A stretch of DNA of 64,000 bases. Origin: a virus. Its lineage: Duplodnaviria; Caudoviricetes. Positions 21,489 to 32,175 of this stretch are shown one piece after another (position 1 is the stretch's first letter; each line of letters opens with the position of its first letter). A model generated the notes under the pieces. The model made no database searches, was not told the origin of the DNA, and saw only the letters and a program-made list of their open reading frames with translations. Made by a program: the position numbers and the translations under genes. The stretch is taken from positions 128,001-192,000 of IMG/VR virus record IMGVR_UViG_3300028886_000035; one strand, given 5' to 3'.

Positions 21489-21943
21489 TATTTTCCCTCT
21501 CTTTCTTTGAGCCAAACCAATGTTTCAAGACGATTTTGTATAACATCTGATTTTCGTTTACAATCAACAATGTTAATTTTATTTAGCTTATATGCTTCTT
21601 CTATTTTATATAAAAGTTCTCTTTGATATTCAATTTCTTTGTCTAAATCAATTTTTGTGTTCTTATTTTTAAAAAGAAGTAATTTATCAGAAATATCCAA
21701 ATCTGGCATTTTAATATTAATGGTTTTGCTAATATGTATATATTTCAAATAGATATATACTCCAAATGAGACAATTGAAATTGTTGTACTCACAAATCCA
21801 ATGATAATCATATAACACATAGAATTAAGTATAACACTATCCGCATTATGTGGCATTGGAAATGCAGAATAACAAAATAATGGTGTAAATGTCAATATCA
21901 TTCCTACTATAAAACTAGTTTGTGTAAATCGTTTTAAATTCAT
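21488..21943 (-). CDS. Membrane protein with two TM helices
   Basis: Two hydrophobic segments; AGGAG RBS and promoter. Confidence 0.7.
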   Translation of the reverse strand: MNLKRFTQTSFIVGMILTFTPLFCYSAFPMPHNADSVILNSMCYMIIIGFVSTTISIVSFGVYIYLKYIHISKTINIKMPDLDISDKLLLFKNKNTKIDLDKEIEYQRELLYKIEEAYKLNKINIVDCKRKSDVIQNRLETLVWLKEREGK

Positions 21944-22050
21944 TGTTTATCTCTCCTTTTCTCATATATTGTAACATATTATTTGGAATTTGTCAACACT
22001 TTTAACTTTTCTTATAAAGAAATAAGGTAGTACGTGAATTGTACTACCTG

Positions 22051-22266
22051 TTATATTCCATAAAAAATTATATAGTTAAATTTAATTATTTCTTCAGATT
22101 CTTTTTTAGGACAATTTGAATGTTGAGTACTAAAATTAGATGCTTTGCAACTCCAAACACTTTTATTATATATATTATATACTGTACCTACAGTATTATA
22201 TAAATCATGTTCGTTTTGATTTATATATACTGTAACATCATTATTACAAGAATATTTCCATTTCAT
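22051..22266 (-). CDS. G-hydrophobic family protein (short)
   Basis: Ends NYIIFYGI*, followed by a terminator. Confidence 0.55.
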   Translation of the reverse strand: MKWKYSCNNDVTVYINQNEHDLYNTVGTVYNIYNKSVWSCKASNFSTQHSNCPKKESEEIIKFNYIIFYGI

Positions 22267-22269
22267 CTT

Positions 22270-22617
22270 TCACATCCCCCAACAATATACAATATATGAT
22301 TTTAAATTTTGAGGTGTTGTTACATTTTGTGATAATTCTTTAATTGTTTGTGTAATTTCGTGTGGATAACATTTTATATTCCTAACTTTTCTTAGATATA
22401 TTGTATCATTACCATGATTATAAGCAAAGCAAAAAGTATTAGTATATTTCAAAGAGCACTCTTTAAATAAATTAATTAAAATTTTCCATTCTTTTTCAAA
22501 ACAAACTATAATAGAGATTCTATATTCTGTATTCTGATAATGTCTCAAATCAAATCCACATTGATATGAGTAACGTGGAAAAACATTATGAAAATTTGGC
22601 AAATAATAATAATACAT
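22270..22617 (-). CDS. G-hydrophobic family protein
   Basis: Ends KSYIVYCWGM*. Confidence 0.65.
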   Translation of the reverse strand: MYYYYLPNFHNVFPRYSYQCGFDLRHYQNTEYRISIIVCFEKEWKILINLFKECSLKYTNTFCFAYNHGNDTIYLRKVRNIKCYPHEITQTIKELSQNVTTPQNLKSYIVYCWGM

Positions 22618-22620
22618 ATA

Positions 22621-23001
22621 TTATAGTCCCCCATTATAGCATAGCATTAATTGTACAAAATCATCAGTTATATTCAATTCATTTAGTACATTTTGTACCA
22701 TTAATTTTGGATATTTATCACCTAATGTTGTAAAATCTCCTAATAGATAAGTAAAATTATTTTTCTGTTTGTGTTTAAATATACGCATATAAACATCATG
22801 TAATCTATCATCTTCGTTGGGGATAATTAAATCAACCAATCCAATAGCAAAAGGTTCATATTGTTTTAAATATTCTATATTGTCTGTGTCATATAGATTA
22901 TCAAATGATTGCATTGATAATCCTATATACATAGTTATATCGTTCTGTTTAAATAAAAAATAATTATGTTCACAATTGGTAGTAATATGATATGAAAACA
23001 A
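22621..23001 (-). CDS. G-hydrophobic family protein
   Basis: Ends LMLCYNGGL*. Confidence 0.65.
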   Translation of the reverse strand: MFSYHITTNCEHNYFLFKQNDITMYIGLSMQSFDNLYDTDNIEYLKQYEPFAIGLVDLIIPNEDDRLHDVYMRIFKHKQKNNFTYLLGDFTTLGDKYPKLMVQNVLNELNITDDFVQLMLCYNGGL

Positions 23002-23367
23002 TTATAACCCAACTCCATATATATACACAAATGGTATTATATCATCTAAATTGTCTCTTATAAATTTTGTTACAATATCTTTTTCTTCTTTTGTTTTAAA
23101 TTTATATTTTTCTTTAAATTTTAATTGAATTTTGTTTTTTGAATTTAAAACCATTTTTAAATGGAGGAACTGATAATCATTTAGCATAATATCATGATAT
23201 TTTTTCCATCCCTTATAATTAATGGCTAAATTCATTTCGACAGGATAATGATAATATTCAAAATGAAATGATATGTTTGACACATTATTTTTAAAGCGAT
23301 ATTCTAATATATGATGACATTGTGAACACGTAATATTTTTATTATTTGGTATAAATGAAGTAACCAT
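23002..23367 (-). CDS. G-hydrophobic family protein
   Basis: Ends FVYIYGVGL*. Confidence 0.65.
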   Translation of the reverse strand: MVTSFIPNNKNITCSQCHHILEYRFKNNVSNISFHFEYYHYPVEMNLAINYKGWKKYHDIMLNDYQFLHLKMVLNSKNKIQLKFKEKYKFKTKEEKDIVTKFIRDNLDDIIPFVYIYGVGL

Positions 23368-23768
23368 ATTCCATTTCTCATAATTATATAAGTTAAAACG
23401 ATTTGATGAAATGTTTTGTTTATATTACAAATATTCATATATTATTGAAATAATGTTTGTTGTGTAATTTCATTCAATGGATTATTTGGTAAATAATTAA
23501 ATTTAAGTATGTCTAATTTAAATTGATTATTTTTAAATATTAGTGAACAAATAACGTCTTTAAATTCAGTTTTGTATTGACCTTGTTCATCTATTTTATA
23601 GACATTTAAACTTATTGTTCCAAAACTATTTTTATTAAATTTGCTAGAAAAAAATTTTTTAACAAATTTATATAAATATATTGAAAATACAAATTTACAC
23701 GATTTTGTTTTTGAAACAATAATAATATTGTCATTAGCAATATTTATATATGTATCAATGTATTTCAT
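23367..23768 (-). pseudogene. G-hydrophobic family member with premature stop
   Basis: After TLFQ* the same frame continues YMNICNINKTFHQIVLTYIIMRNGI up to the next start. Confidence 0.55.
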
Positions 23769-24298
23769 AAACCACGTACCTTTATAATCTTATCTTTATA
23801 TTTATCAAAAATTTCATTTCTACTATTATACATACGTTTACAAATATTTTGTAATAAATCGTTTGGGATGGCAGATAAATATTTTGTTAATCTGTTAATT
23901 TGATTTTCTGTTAAATAACACATGTATTGATTTCTGTTATATGCAGATTTAGGAGATTCAATTTTAAAAGTATCATTATCAATAAAAATTGATAATTTAA
24001 AATCTACATATGATATACCAGTAATAGTTAGACAAAGCATAAGTGGAGTATCTTTGGTTAATTTATATGGCAAAATATTATCAGAATCAAATTGATAAAA
24101 TGGCAAAATATCATCAGAATCAAATGGATAAAAATGTAAATTGATACTTACAGAATTGTAATTGTTAAAAATAGTCCAATGTTCTGTTTTAAATGGAGCA
24201 CAATAATATCTGTTTAAATCTTCACCTGTTTGTTTTTCTATTATAAAATTGTCAATAGACCTAAGATTTTTCAAAATCCACACCTTCTTATTGCCCAT
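23765..24298 (-). CDS. G-hydrophobic family protein
   Basis: Ends KIIKVRGL*; 33-bp in-frame duplication (FDSDxILP). Confidence 0.65.
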   Translation of the reverse strand: MGNKKVWILKNLRSIDNFIIEKQTGEDLNRYYCAPFKTEHWTIFNNYNSVSINLHFYPFDSDDILPFYQFDSDNILPYKLTKDTPLMLCLTITGISYVDFKLSIFIDNDTFKIESPKSAYNRNQYMCYLTENQINRLTKYLSAIPNDLLQNICKRMYNSRNEIFDKYKDKIIKVRGL

Positions 24299-24705
24299 TC
24301 CGATACTTTTTTAAAGTTAAAAATTTTAGAGTTATTTAATAATTGTCTGATTGGTTTAATTTCATCTTGTGTTATATCACTTAACTTATCAATATCATAT
24401 CCTTCTTTAATACCATCTTCAAACATATCATAATAGGATAATTTTATAATTAATTTTTTCGTATCTTTGGTTTCATATTGCGCATCACTTTTTTTATCAA
24501 TAATAACATATACATTAAAATATCTATATTCAGAAGGGTATGGTATTAAATTATCGTTGATAATATTTAGATTATCTTCTACAAATTTTAAATAAATATT
24601 ATAATTTTGATAAGGTACATAAATATCATATGATTTTGGATTTCTTGTACCATGATAAAGAAGCCATTTATTATAGTATTTTTCCCATTTTTTATAATAA
24701 TCCAT
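24271..24705 (-). CDS. G-hydrophobic family protein
   Basis: Ends EWAIRRCGF*. Confidence 0.65.
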   Translation of the reverse strand: MDYYKKWEKYYNKWLLYHGTRNPKSYDIYVPYQNYNIYLKFVEDNLNIINDNLIPYPSEYRYFNVYVIIDKKSDAQYETKDTKKLIIKLSYYDMFEDGIKEGYDIDKLSDITQDEIKPIRQLLNNSKIFNFKKVSEWAIRRCGF

Positions 24706-24783
24706 TATACCATTTCTCCTTTCATATAATTATTCTTATATAAATAGTTTATCAAAAAACAGGTGTTTTGTCAACACCTGTTT

Positions 24784-25281
24784 TTAAATTCCATGATTAA
24801 TATTGATAAGTTCAAGCAATTTATATTTGCAGAAATTATTGATAAAAAAATCTTTTATATTTATATCTGTTTCTGTTTTATCAAAACTTTCATATAATGA
24901 ACTCGGTCGTGGATTTGGTAAGTCCCCAACGTATGTATCATAATAATCTAATTGTATTTCTCCATCATCTGTTCGGTGAATGGCATAATTAAAAATATCA
25001 ATTTGTTTTACAATTGATAAATTATCATTAATATACTCGATTTTAATTTTTGTTTTAACTGTTTCCAAATGTTTAAAGTATCTTTCTAACCCTAGAAATG
25101 GAGTACTATAAAAAATTGTAATCTTAATATTAGAATTATTTGTTTTGTTTTGGAAATGAAATATTGAAGTTAGTTTGTTATAATTAGAAATGTGATGTGT
25201 ATCTATACAAAATGAACAACTGTGAGATAAGTAGTATTTATTATTAAAATTGTTTAATGTCATCATTTCCTCATATCCCAT
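24784..25281 (-). CDS. G-hydrophobic family protein
   Basis: Ends ELININHGI*, followed by a terminator. Confidence 0.65.
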   Translation of the reverse strand: MGYEEMMTLNNFNNKYYLSHSCSFCIDTHHISNYNKLTSIFHFQNKTNNSNIKITIFYSTPFLGLERYFKHLETVKTKIKIEYINDNLSIVKQIDIFNYAIHRTDDGEIQLDYYDTYVGDLPNPRPSSLYESFDKTETDINIKDFFINNFCKYKLLELININHGI

Positions 25282-25293
25282 TTAAACATTATA

Positions 25294-25677
25294 TCACATC
25301 CCATTTGTATAAACATACATATCCTTAATTAAATTTGTTGGGATTGAATTAATCATTTTTTCTATACGTATAGCATCTTTATCCATAATACTTTTTCTAT
25401 CTTTAGGGAATATGTTAAAAGTAGGGATTTCTTGAAAAACAAAATTAAAGCACAGTTGATGTAAACATTTGATTTTCCTTCTGCATGATTGTTTATAGGT
25501 CGCGTTTAATCGAATATTCCCATTTTCATTAAATGATACACAAATGTTTAAATTGTTATTTTGATTAATTGTATATTGATTCCCGCCATAATATCCATTC
25601 TCATTTGACATTAAATGATAATAGTCATACTTAACTAGAGTAGAAATTTTTTCAAGAAACATCGTTATACACCCCAT
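25294..25677 (-). CDS. G-hydrophobic family protein (subfamily with 25665, 26055)
   Basis: Ends INSIPTNLIKDMYVYTNGM*. Confidence 0.65.
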   Translation of the reverse strand: MGCITMFLEKISTLVKYDYYHLMSNENGYYGGNQYTINQNNNLNICVSFNENGNIRLNATYKQSCRRKIKCLHQLCFNFVFQEIPTFNIFPKDRKSIMDKDAIRIEKMINSIPTNLIKDMYVYTNGM

Positions 25678-26039
25678 ATCATGATATACATTGCTTTTCT
25701 ATCATCTTGTGGTATATTATCAATTAATTTGTTTGCTCTAATATACCATCTTTTAATATAGTCTTTATCGCCATCGAAATTAAATTGATATGGTTCAATA
25801 AAAATTATATCTATATTATGATTATCATTTTGATGGAAATATACAAGTTTATCCTTCACACCTTTAACACAACAACGATTGCTTTTCGTTTTCCATGCGT
25901 CAATGTGGACATATCTTTCATTAAGAATTCGAATTAGATATGTATTTTGGTGAATATTATCTTTAAATAAAAAATCTTTGCCAAATGAAGAATGACTGTA
26001 TTGTGTTGATTTTAGATTGTTTATATGATGTAATTCCAT
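25665..26039 (-). CDS. G-hydrophobic family protein
   Basis: Ends IDNIPQDDRKAMYIMIWGV*. Confidence 0.7.
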   Translation of the reverse strand: MELHHINNLKSTQYSHSSFGKDFLFKDNIHQNTYLIRILNERYVHIDAWKTKSNRCCVKGVKDKLVYFHQNDNHNIDIIFIEPYQFNFDGDKDYIKRWYIRANKLIDNIPQDDRKAMYIMIWGV

Positions 26040-26054
26040 ATCATCTTACCTCTA

Positions 26055-26426
26055 TCATAATCCATAATTAATTATATATGCTTTTTGCACAATATTCTGT
26101 GGTAATATATCAACTATTTTACGTACACGTTTAAACCAATGCTGTTTAAATTCACTATAACTATAGTATCCTGAATTTTCTCCATGACATATATTGTTAT
26201 CTTTTAAATAAAGTTTTAATTCCCCATCATGAAAAATTGGTTTAAATTCGGTACAAGCTAAACCTCTAATGCAAACTCGATTTGTGTTACTCATATGAGC
26301 ATTAAAACGAACATTGAATTTATTGTTTAAGTATATTTCATAGTCATGACGATGTTCTTCATCAATAATTTTGATATTACAAGCTCCAAATCTATGATAT
26401 GCTTCAATTGAACGAATATAAATCAT
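26055..26426 (-). CDS. G-hydrophobic family protein
   Basis: Ends VDILPQNIVQKAYIINYGL*; promoter and AGGAG RBS. Confidence 0.7.
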   Translation of the reverse strand: MIYIRSIEAYHRFGACNIKIIDEEHRHDYEIYLNNKFNVRFNAHMSNTNRVCIRGLACTEFKPIFHDGELKLYLKDNNICHGENSGYYSYSEFKQHWFKRVRKIVDILPQNIVQKAYIINYGL

Positions 26427-26521
26427 ATTTAATCTCTCCTTTTATAAAAAATTATATCAAAATTTTTTATTTTTGTCAACAGTTTTTTGAATAGAAAAAC
26501 GACTATCAACTAGATAGTCGT

Positions 26522-26875
26522 TTATAATCCAAAAGATATAATATAAAATTGTTTTAAACAACGTTTTTTAACAAATCTTATGATTTTTTTTGATGTTTTA
26601 AAATCCATAGGCACATCATATTTAAATGCAGCTTGTTTTGTAATATCCATAATTTTAATTCCTTTTGAAGTTAAACGTACTTTATAATGACTACTATAAT
26701 AAAAATTATATCTAATTATTAATATAAAATCTCTTTTATTATTATGACTATAATAATAGTCTATATTTAAAATACCATCTTTATATGTTAATTGAAATTG
26801 ACTATATGTTTCATTGAATATTTCTATATATTTCGTTTTAATATGTTGAAAACGAAAATATGAATTTATATTCAT
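26522..26875 (-). CDS. G-hydrophobic family protein
   Basis: Ends KQFYIISFGL*, followed by a terminator. Confidence 0.65.
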   Translation of the reverse strand: MNINSYFRFQHIKTKYIEIFNETYSQFQLTYKDGILNIDYYYSHNNKRDFILIIRYNFYYSSHYKVRLTSKGIKIMDITKQAAFKYDVPMDFKTSKKIIRFVKKRCLKQFYIISFGL

Positions 26876-27225
26876 ATACCTCTACCTATCGTTACCATTT
26901 TAAAAATTTCTTCTTTATAATTTCTATATATTTTTTTTGCTTTTATAACATAATCCTTGTCAAAAATTTTTTCTATAAACCATATTGTTCTATACTTATC
27001 GTTTTTACCAACAATATTAGCATTAATTTTAATGCCATCTTTATTTGTTATATCAAAATGGAAGCTATCTGCAACATTATGATGAAAATTTTCATAGCAA
27101 TAAGAACTACTTGTATTGACTCTAATATGTATGCGATAAGTTTCACCATGATATGTAATTTCAGTTGTATATAACGATAAATGGTCATTGTATATTATAG
27201 TACCATATTTTGTTATTTTGCTCAA
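26872..27225 (-). CDS. G-hydrophobic family protein
   Basis: Ends KMVTIGRGI*. Confidence 0.65.
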   Translation of the reverse strand: MSKITKYGTIIYNDHLSLYTTEITYHGETYRIHIRVNTSSSYCYENFHHNVADSFHFDITNKDGIKINANIVGKNDKYRTIWFIEKIFDKDYVIKAKKIYRNYKEEIFKMVTIGRGI

Positions 27226-27228
27226 TAT

Positions 27229-27711
27229 TTATAATCCTTCTGTATAAGTAATAATGTTTTGAATAAATCGTTGACCATCATTTATTAAAAAATCATCAAA
27301 AAAAATACAAATGTTTTTATATTGATTGATGTTTTGCTTGTGATTTCTCATATTTATATAGTATTTTTGTTTTTTATAATTGGTTATACTAAAATTTCCT
27401 TTTCGATATGGTATTTCTATTTTTTGTGATATAAATTTTAATCCATTTTTAATTTTTATATCATACGCTCTATGAGTATAGTGAATATCTTTGTCTATTA
27501 TAGATAAAACAAGAGTTTTATGGTTATTATGTTTCATTTCACCATAACTGTTCATGATATAATCATTGGCAATTGTAATATCTATATTAGCCTTTTTGTC
27601 TTGATGAATAATATCAAACCGATAATGATATGTATCATGATATTTTTGTGAACACTTATTTCTATATACAATTTTAACATTTTGTTCTTCAAATGTCCAT
27701 TGTTTTTGCAT
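27229..27711 (-). CDS. G-hydrophobic family protein
   Basis: Ends NIITYTEGL*. Confidence 0.65.
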   Translation of the reverse strand: MQKQWTFEEQNVKIVYRNKCSQKYHDTYHYRFDIIHQDKKANIDITIANDYIMNSYGEMKHNNHKTLVLSIIDKDIHYTHRAYDIKIKNGLKFISQKIEIPYRKGNFSITNYKKQKYYINMRNHKQNINQYKNICIFFDDFLINDGQRFIQNIITYTEGL

Positions 27712-27949
27712 TAAAATTCACCACTCTTTATGTTAAAAGTTTTATCTTCTACAATAAATATATAATAAAAATTGACTTATTATTTATTTACTATAACTAT
27801 TAATTATAGTTTAAATAATAAGTCATAAACCAAATTTTTTACAAAATTCTTGTTTAAAGAATGTTTCTAAATGAGTTAATTTTTTATTCATTTTCTTATC
27901 TAGGTTAATCATTTCTTCTTCATTTGGCATATTAGTAATTTGTTTAATA

Positions 27950-28087
27950 CGTTTATATTATTGTCAATGCGTCTATCAGTCTAACGATGACCGTATTGGA
28001 GCTATAAATATTCAACACCTCGGAACTATGTGGATTTCCGGAGATAACCATCCTCGCTACGAAAGAATAACAACTGCTTCGGAGTAA
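27950..28087 (+). pseudogene. tnpB: TnpB (IS200/IS605 family) C-terminal remnant
   Basis: Hand translation RLYYCQCVYQSNDDRIGAINIQHLGTMWISGDNHPRYERITTASE* matches the TnpB zinc-finger end plus RuvC-III (CxCGYxxNDDRIGAxNI); GC content higher than flanks. Confidence 0.8.
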
Positions 28088-28216
28088 ACTCCTTAGCAAA
28101 GCGGGTGTTGTTAGCCACCCGACGATGTAGGCGGATTTAGGGAGACATCTTGGATGTCGTTAGTACCTATGCAATTCCGACTTACAAGCTCCCGACTTTA
28201 GTCGGGAGTAGTTGAC
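28088..28216 (+). mobile_element. IS200/IS605 right end / omegaRNA scaffold region
   Basis: Structured segment ending AAGCTCCCGACTTTAGTCGGGAGTAGTTGAC, a typical right-end hairpin plus TAGTTGAC. Confidence 0.75.
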
Positions 28217-28218
28217 TG

Positions 28219-28563
28219 TTAAATGCCTTTTGTATATGATAAAAATAATTTTGCATAATTGATAATTTCATTTTTATATTTAGCATAATATTTTATTATA
28301 CTCTGTCGTTCTTTTTCAGGAATATCGTTAAAATCATCATAATTGTAAATTTTTCCTTGGTTGTTTATATCTAAAGTCATGTAATATTCACAATCTTTTA
28401 CAAATACATCAACAACACAACAAGTTTCATATGAACAATCTTCTGTGACCTCATATTCTTCATATTGCAATATTAATTGTATATTATCATTGATATAAAT
28501 TGAAGCATATTTATCTATAAATGGATTTGTTAGATAATATTTTGTCTGTGTTATCATTTCCAT
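28219..28563 (-). CDS. G-hydrophobic family protein
   Basis: Ends KLFLSYTKGI*; own promoter and RBS. Confidence 0.7.
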   Translation of the reverse strand: MEMITQTKYYLTNPFIDKYASIYINDNIQLILQYEEYEVTEDCSYETCCVVDVFVKDCEYYMTLDINNQGKIYNYDDFNDIPEKERQSIIKYYAKYKNEIINYAKLFLSYTKGI

Positions 28564-28661
28564 TTTTTATTCCCCCTTTTATTTAAATATACCATATATT
28601 ATATTCATTGTCAACAGTTTTAAATATATTTTTAAAAGGCTACTATTGAATAGTAGCCTTT

Positions 28662-28900
28662 TTATAATCAGTATAAAATCACATATATATCTGCAATTTT
28701 TCTGTATGGTAAAGAATATTGTCCAACAAAATTATATATGGATTAAATAATTGATAATATAGTGTCTTGTATAACACACAATCACTTCATTTGTTGATTT
28801 GCTCGATTTAAATTCTATAACTTCTTTTTCCCATTTTCAAACGAAATATGTAAATTATTATTTAAAATTTTGCAAAACAAATAATTAATCATAATATCAT
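28662..28900 (-). pseudogene. Decayed G-hydrophobic family member
   Basis: Terminal codons AAA ATT GCA GAT ATA TAT GTG ATT TTA TAC TGA TTA TAA = KIADIYVILY*L*, consistent with GGA mutated to TGA. Confidence 0.5.
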
Positions 28901-28902
28901 CA

Positions 28903-29280
28903 TTATATACCATTAACTAATATAAAGAATTGTTTTGTATTAACTAAAAATTCATCGTGATATTTAGATACAATTTGTCTAGTTATTTTTTGTGTTCGTT
29001 CACCAATAACTTTTGTAAATTTTTCTCTATTAAATTCCATATGATATATATCATTAATAATGTAAGTTTGTTTTTCTGTACGACCCAATATAATATTTAT
29101 TTCTAATCCACTATGTATTTTAAACATATATTTTAAACGCTCATTGTATGCAAATGTTAAACGAACATTATCCTTAATATAATATTCGTAAAAATCATCA
29201 AATATATACGGATTTATATCTTTATGTGGAATAGTATATTTGCATTGTTTTAATGTAAAATCTTTCATAATCCACCACAA
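28903..29280 (-). CDS. G-hydrophobic family protein
   Basis: Ends KQFFILVNGI*. Confidence 0.65.
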   Translation of the reverse strand: MWWIMKDFTLKQCKYTIPHKDINPYIFDDFYEYYIKDNVRLTFAYNERLKYMFKIHSGLEINIILGRTEKQTYIINDIYHMEFNREKFTKVIGERTQKITRQIVSKYHDEFLVNTKQFFILVNGI

Positions 29281-29591
29281 CGAATATAAAAATTTTTCAT
29301 TAAATCAGTTAAAATTTGTTTATGCGGAATAAATTTATCATCTAATTCATCTATATTTCTTTTATTTTTTATGTCAAAAACATCTAAAAAATTTTTAACT
29401 GTAATAACAGTAAGATAATTTTTTTGATGATTACAAAATCCAATTTTAAAATCACTATCCATATTATAATAGAACAGTACTTCTAAATTCCAATTATAAT
29501 AAATTTCTCTAATTTCATAAAAACTTTTATTTATTATTACTCGTTCTTTTAATACCCAAGGCATGATGTTACATTCCTTCCCATATAACAC
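29265..29591 (-). CDS. G-hydrophobic family protein
   Basis: Ends KNFYIRCGGL*. Confidence 0.6.
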   Translation of the reverse strand: MLYGKECNIMPWVLKERVIINKSFYEIREIYYNWNLEVLFYYNMDSDFKIGFCNHQKNYLTVITVKNFLDVFDIKNKRNIDELDDKFIPHKQILTDLMKNFYIRCGGL

Positions 29592-29766
29592 GACATCGTT
29601 TTGTTAATTCTATTAATTCAGATTGATATTTATCTATAATTGGCATTAAATACTTTAGTTGTTTAGAATGTATATATGATAATTTGTTATTACAAACTGT
29701 AAAATCAATTTCCCCATAGCCTAAAATGTTTCTTTTTTCCTTTATATATGATTGTTTACAATCCAC
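29569..29766 (-). CDS. G-hydrophobic family protein (short)
   Basis: Ends RCRVIWEGM*. Confidence 0.55.
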   Translation of the reverse strand: MDCKQSYIKEKRNILGYGEIDFTVCNNKLSYIHSKQLKYLMPIIDKYQSELIELTKRCRVIWEGM

Positions 29767-30094
29767 TTTGATAAGTAACTAACATTCTATAATAATCCAT
29801 GATTTTGTTATAATTCTTTTCTACATAATTTTTAATTTCATCATAATAAATGTGTTTTTTATCATTGCTGTCTATATAAAATATGTTATCATCTAAACTA
29901 TGTTTTAATACATATGTATATCTGTATTTATTTATTTTCAATGTGATGTGTTTTTTGTAGGTAAATTTTTCATAAACAATTTCAATTTGATAGTCATTGT
30001 AACTATCAAAAATATTCATTTTATTAATAGAACAAAAATTACCTTTTTTGTTTATTATAATTTTATTACTTTGAAATCGCCCCATAATTATCAC
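29756..30094 (-). CDS. G-hydrophobic family protein
   Basis: Ends MLVTYQSGL*. Confidence 0.65.
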   Translation of the reverse strand: MIIMGRFQSNKIIINKKGNFCSINKMNIFDSYNDYQIEIVYEKFTYKKHITLKINKYRYTYVLKHSLDDNIFYIDSNDKKHIYYDEIKNYVEKNYNKIMDYYRMLVTYQSGL

Positions 30095-30470
30095 ATCCCA
30101 AAAGAATATACTAGTTTTTTCTGATTCGTTTCAGATTATGTTTATATATTTTTTTTGTAAATTTTATACATGATATTTAATTTGCCATCTGTTAAATCAA
30201 AATTCGCTTCACCACGTAATGTTTTAAATTTACAAGAACGTTCTGAATAGAACTTTGTAATTGGTTCGTTAATATGTAATGTTGAATTTTCAAATACACT
30301 AGTTTCTTGAATGTCAAAATGACCTAATTGAGATAAAAATCTGTATCTAAGTATTCTTGTTCATCATGATTAGTATAAATAGATATACCAATATTTGTAT
30401 AATCTGATAAAGTAACCGATGTTTTATCCCAATTATCATTATAAAAATCTATATCCATTAAATTTTTCAT
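30091..30470 (-). pseudogene. Broken G-hydrophobic family member
   Basis: Gene-sized gap whose end reads KLVYSFGM* at 30091. Confidence 0.5.
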
Positions 30471-30474
30471 TTTT

Positions 30475-30930
30475 CTATATCCCAAATTCAATTATTATAT
30501 CTTTTTGTATATCTTTCTTAATTCTGTTATATTTTGATAAATAATTTGCTAATTCTATAGTTGCTCTTTTTAAATAAAATTGATATTCATCATCTGTGTA
30601 CCATCCAATATATTCCATATCATTAAATAATGTTTTTATGTCACATTCTCCATACATGAAATTTAATGGTATGAAGCTTATTTGTAATTCACTTATATCT
30701 GATTGTTTTTCTTTGAAATATATTTTTTTATTATAAATTTCAAAATCATATTGATTTTTTTTGCCTTTAAAGTATAGATTAATAGTTATTTGCAAATTCC
30801 AAAATTCACTTTGTATTTTATACCATACAGTTTTCATTTTTATACTCCATATATCTTTACTAACTGCGTATAAACCATTTGTTGTTTTCATAAATTTGGT
30901 GATATATTTTTTTCTTCTACGAAATCTCAA
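30475..30930 (-). CDS. G-hydrophobic family protein
   Basis: Ends KDIIIEFGI*. Confidence 0.65.
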   Translation of the reverse strand: MRFRRRKKYITKFMKTTNGLYAVSKDIWSIKMKTVWYKIQSEFWNLQITINLYFKGKKNQYDFEIYNKKIYFKEKQSDISELQISFIPLNFMYGECDIKTLFNDMEYIGWYTDDEYQFYLKRATIELANYLSKYNRIKKDIQKDIIIEFGI

Positions 30931-31001
30931 TTCATAACGTCTCGTTCATACATGGTTTCTAGTTCATTACATTCATCCATATATAATTCTTTAACCATAA
31001 T

Positions 31002-31445
31002 TTACATTCCATTCATTAATATTTGACTTTCTTTTACTCTTTTGAATAAAATCCTGTTATATTTAAAAAATGGGTCATAATAATCGGCATAAATATCTTT
31101 ACTTTCCATTTGTATATAGAATTTTTTATTATTACGATATAATTCTTGAATTAATTTCTGCGTAGCAATAATATATGCAGGTGTAATATCATCATATTTT
31201 AATACTATATGAATGAATTTATCATATTTGTTTTTAATGAATGTCATCATTTTAAAATTTTTATTTTCTTTTGTATCGTTATTGACAATATAATTGATTT
31301 TATATTTTTTTACTGTATCTCCTATTTTAGTTGACTGTAATTTTATATCTAACATTTCTCTCTCTCCTATTACATTAATTATATCATTTTTTGTCAACAA
31401 TTTCAAGTATTTTTTGATTACTTTTTGTATATATGAAAAGGACAC
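31002..31445 (-). CDS. G-hydrophobic family protein
   Basis: Ends SQILMNGM*; true start probably MLDIK. Confidence 0.6.
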   Translation of the reverse strand: MSFSYIQKVIKKYLKLLTKNDIINVIGEREMLDIKLQSTKIGDTVKKYKINYIVNNDTKENKNFKMMTFIKNKYDKFIHIVLKYDDITPAYIIATQKLIQELYRNNKKFYIQMESKDIYADYYDPFFKYNRILFKRVKESQILMNGM

Positions 31446-31466
31446 CTAATCATGGAGGTGTCCTTT

Positions 31467-31820
31467 TCATATTCCATTACTATATACCCAAAATTCTTTT
31501 ATCTCTCTTTTTAAATCTTTTTTCATATCAGAAAAATCTTTTAATATCTTATTCATTCGTTCTTCTTTTTTATACCATATCGTTTGATATGTTTTTAAAT
31601 ATTTAATGCAATTTATATCCTCTATAACATATCCCAAACTATCTTCTCCATATCGAAATCCAAATTCTATTCCACAATTTTCTTTTCTGATACTAACAAC
31701 CTTGTTTTGTGAAAATCGTAACCATAAAAATATACCGTTTTTATTCCATATTTTATAACTTTTATAATTAGGAACATATTTATTTAAATAATTGGTACAA
31801 GTAAGTTCATATCCCATCAA
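31467..31820 (-). CDS. G-hydrophobic family protein
   Basis: Ends KEFWVYSNGI*. Confidence 0.65.
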   Translation of the reverse strand: MMGYELTCTNYLNKYVPNYKSYKIWNKNGIFLWLRFSQNKVVSIRKENCGIEFGFRYGEDSLGYVIEDINCIKYLKTYQTIWYKKEERMNKILKDFSDMKKDLKREIKEFWVYSNGI

Positions 31821-32170
31821 AGACTATCATCCCTTTTTTTATTGATTCAATATATTCTTTATATCCATGTAATCCTATTTGTTTTTCATACCTTAATAAG
31901 TTGTCATGATAGAATTGTTTGATTATTCCATTTATGTGATATATTTTGCTTATTAAAATGATATTTGCTATATGAAAATAATCCCATTCTTATATATAAG
32001 ACTTTTTTGTCTTTTTGATTATAATCTATCGTATAATTTTGAATCCACCAATTTAATTCATATCTTTTTCTGGTTTTTATTAAATTTATTCTTAGTATAC
32101 CATCATTTATATTAATTATTCTGTACTATTCAGGACGAATTACTTTTAAATGCTCATTGCGTGATATTTT
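31807..32170 (-). pseudogene. Frameshifted G-hydrophobic family member
   Basis: 3' frame reads KQFYHDNLLRYEKQIGLHGYKEYIESIKKGMIVFDGI*, with stops upstream. Confidence 0.55.
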
Positions 32171-32175
32171 TATTT

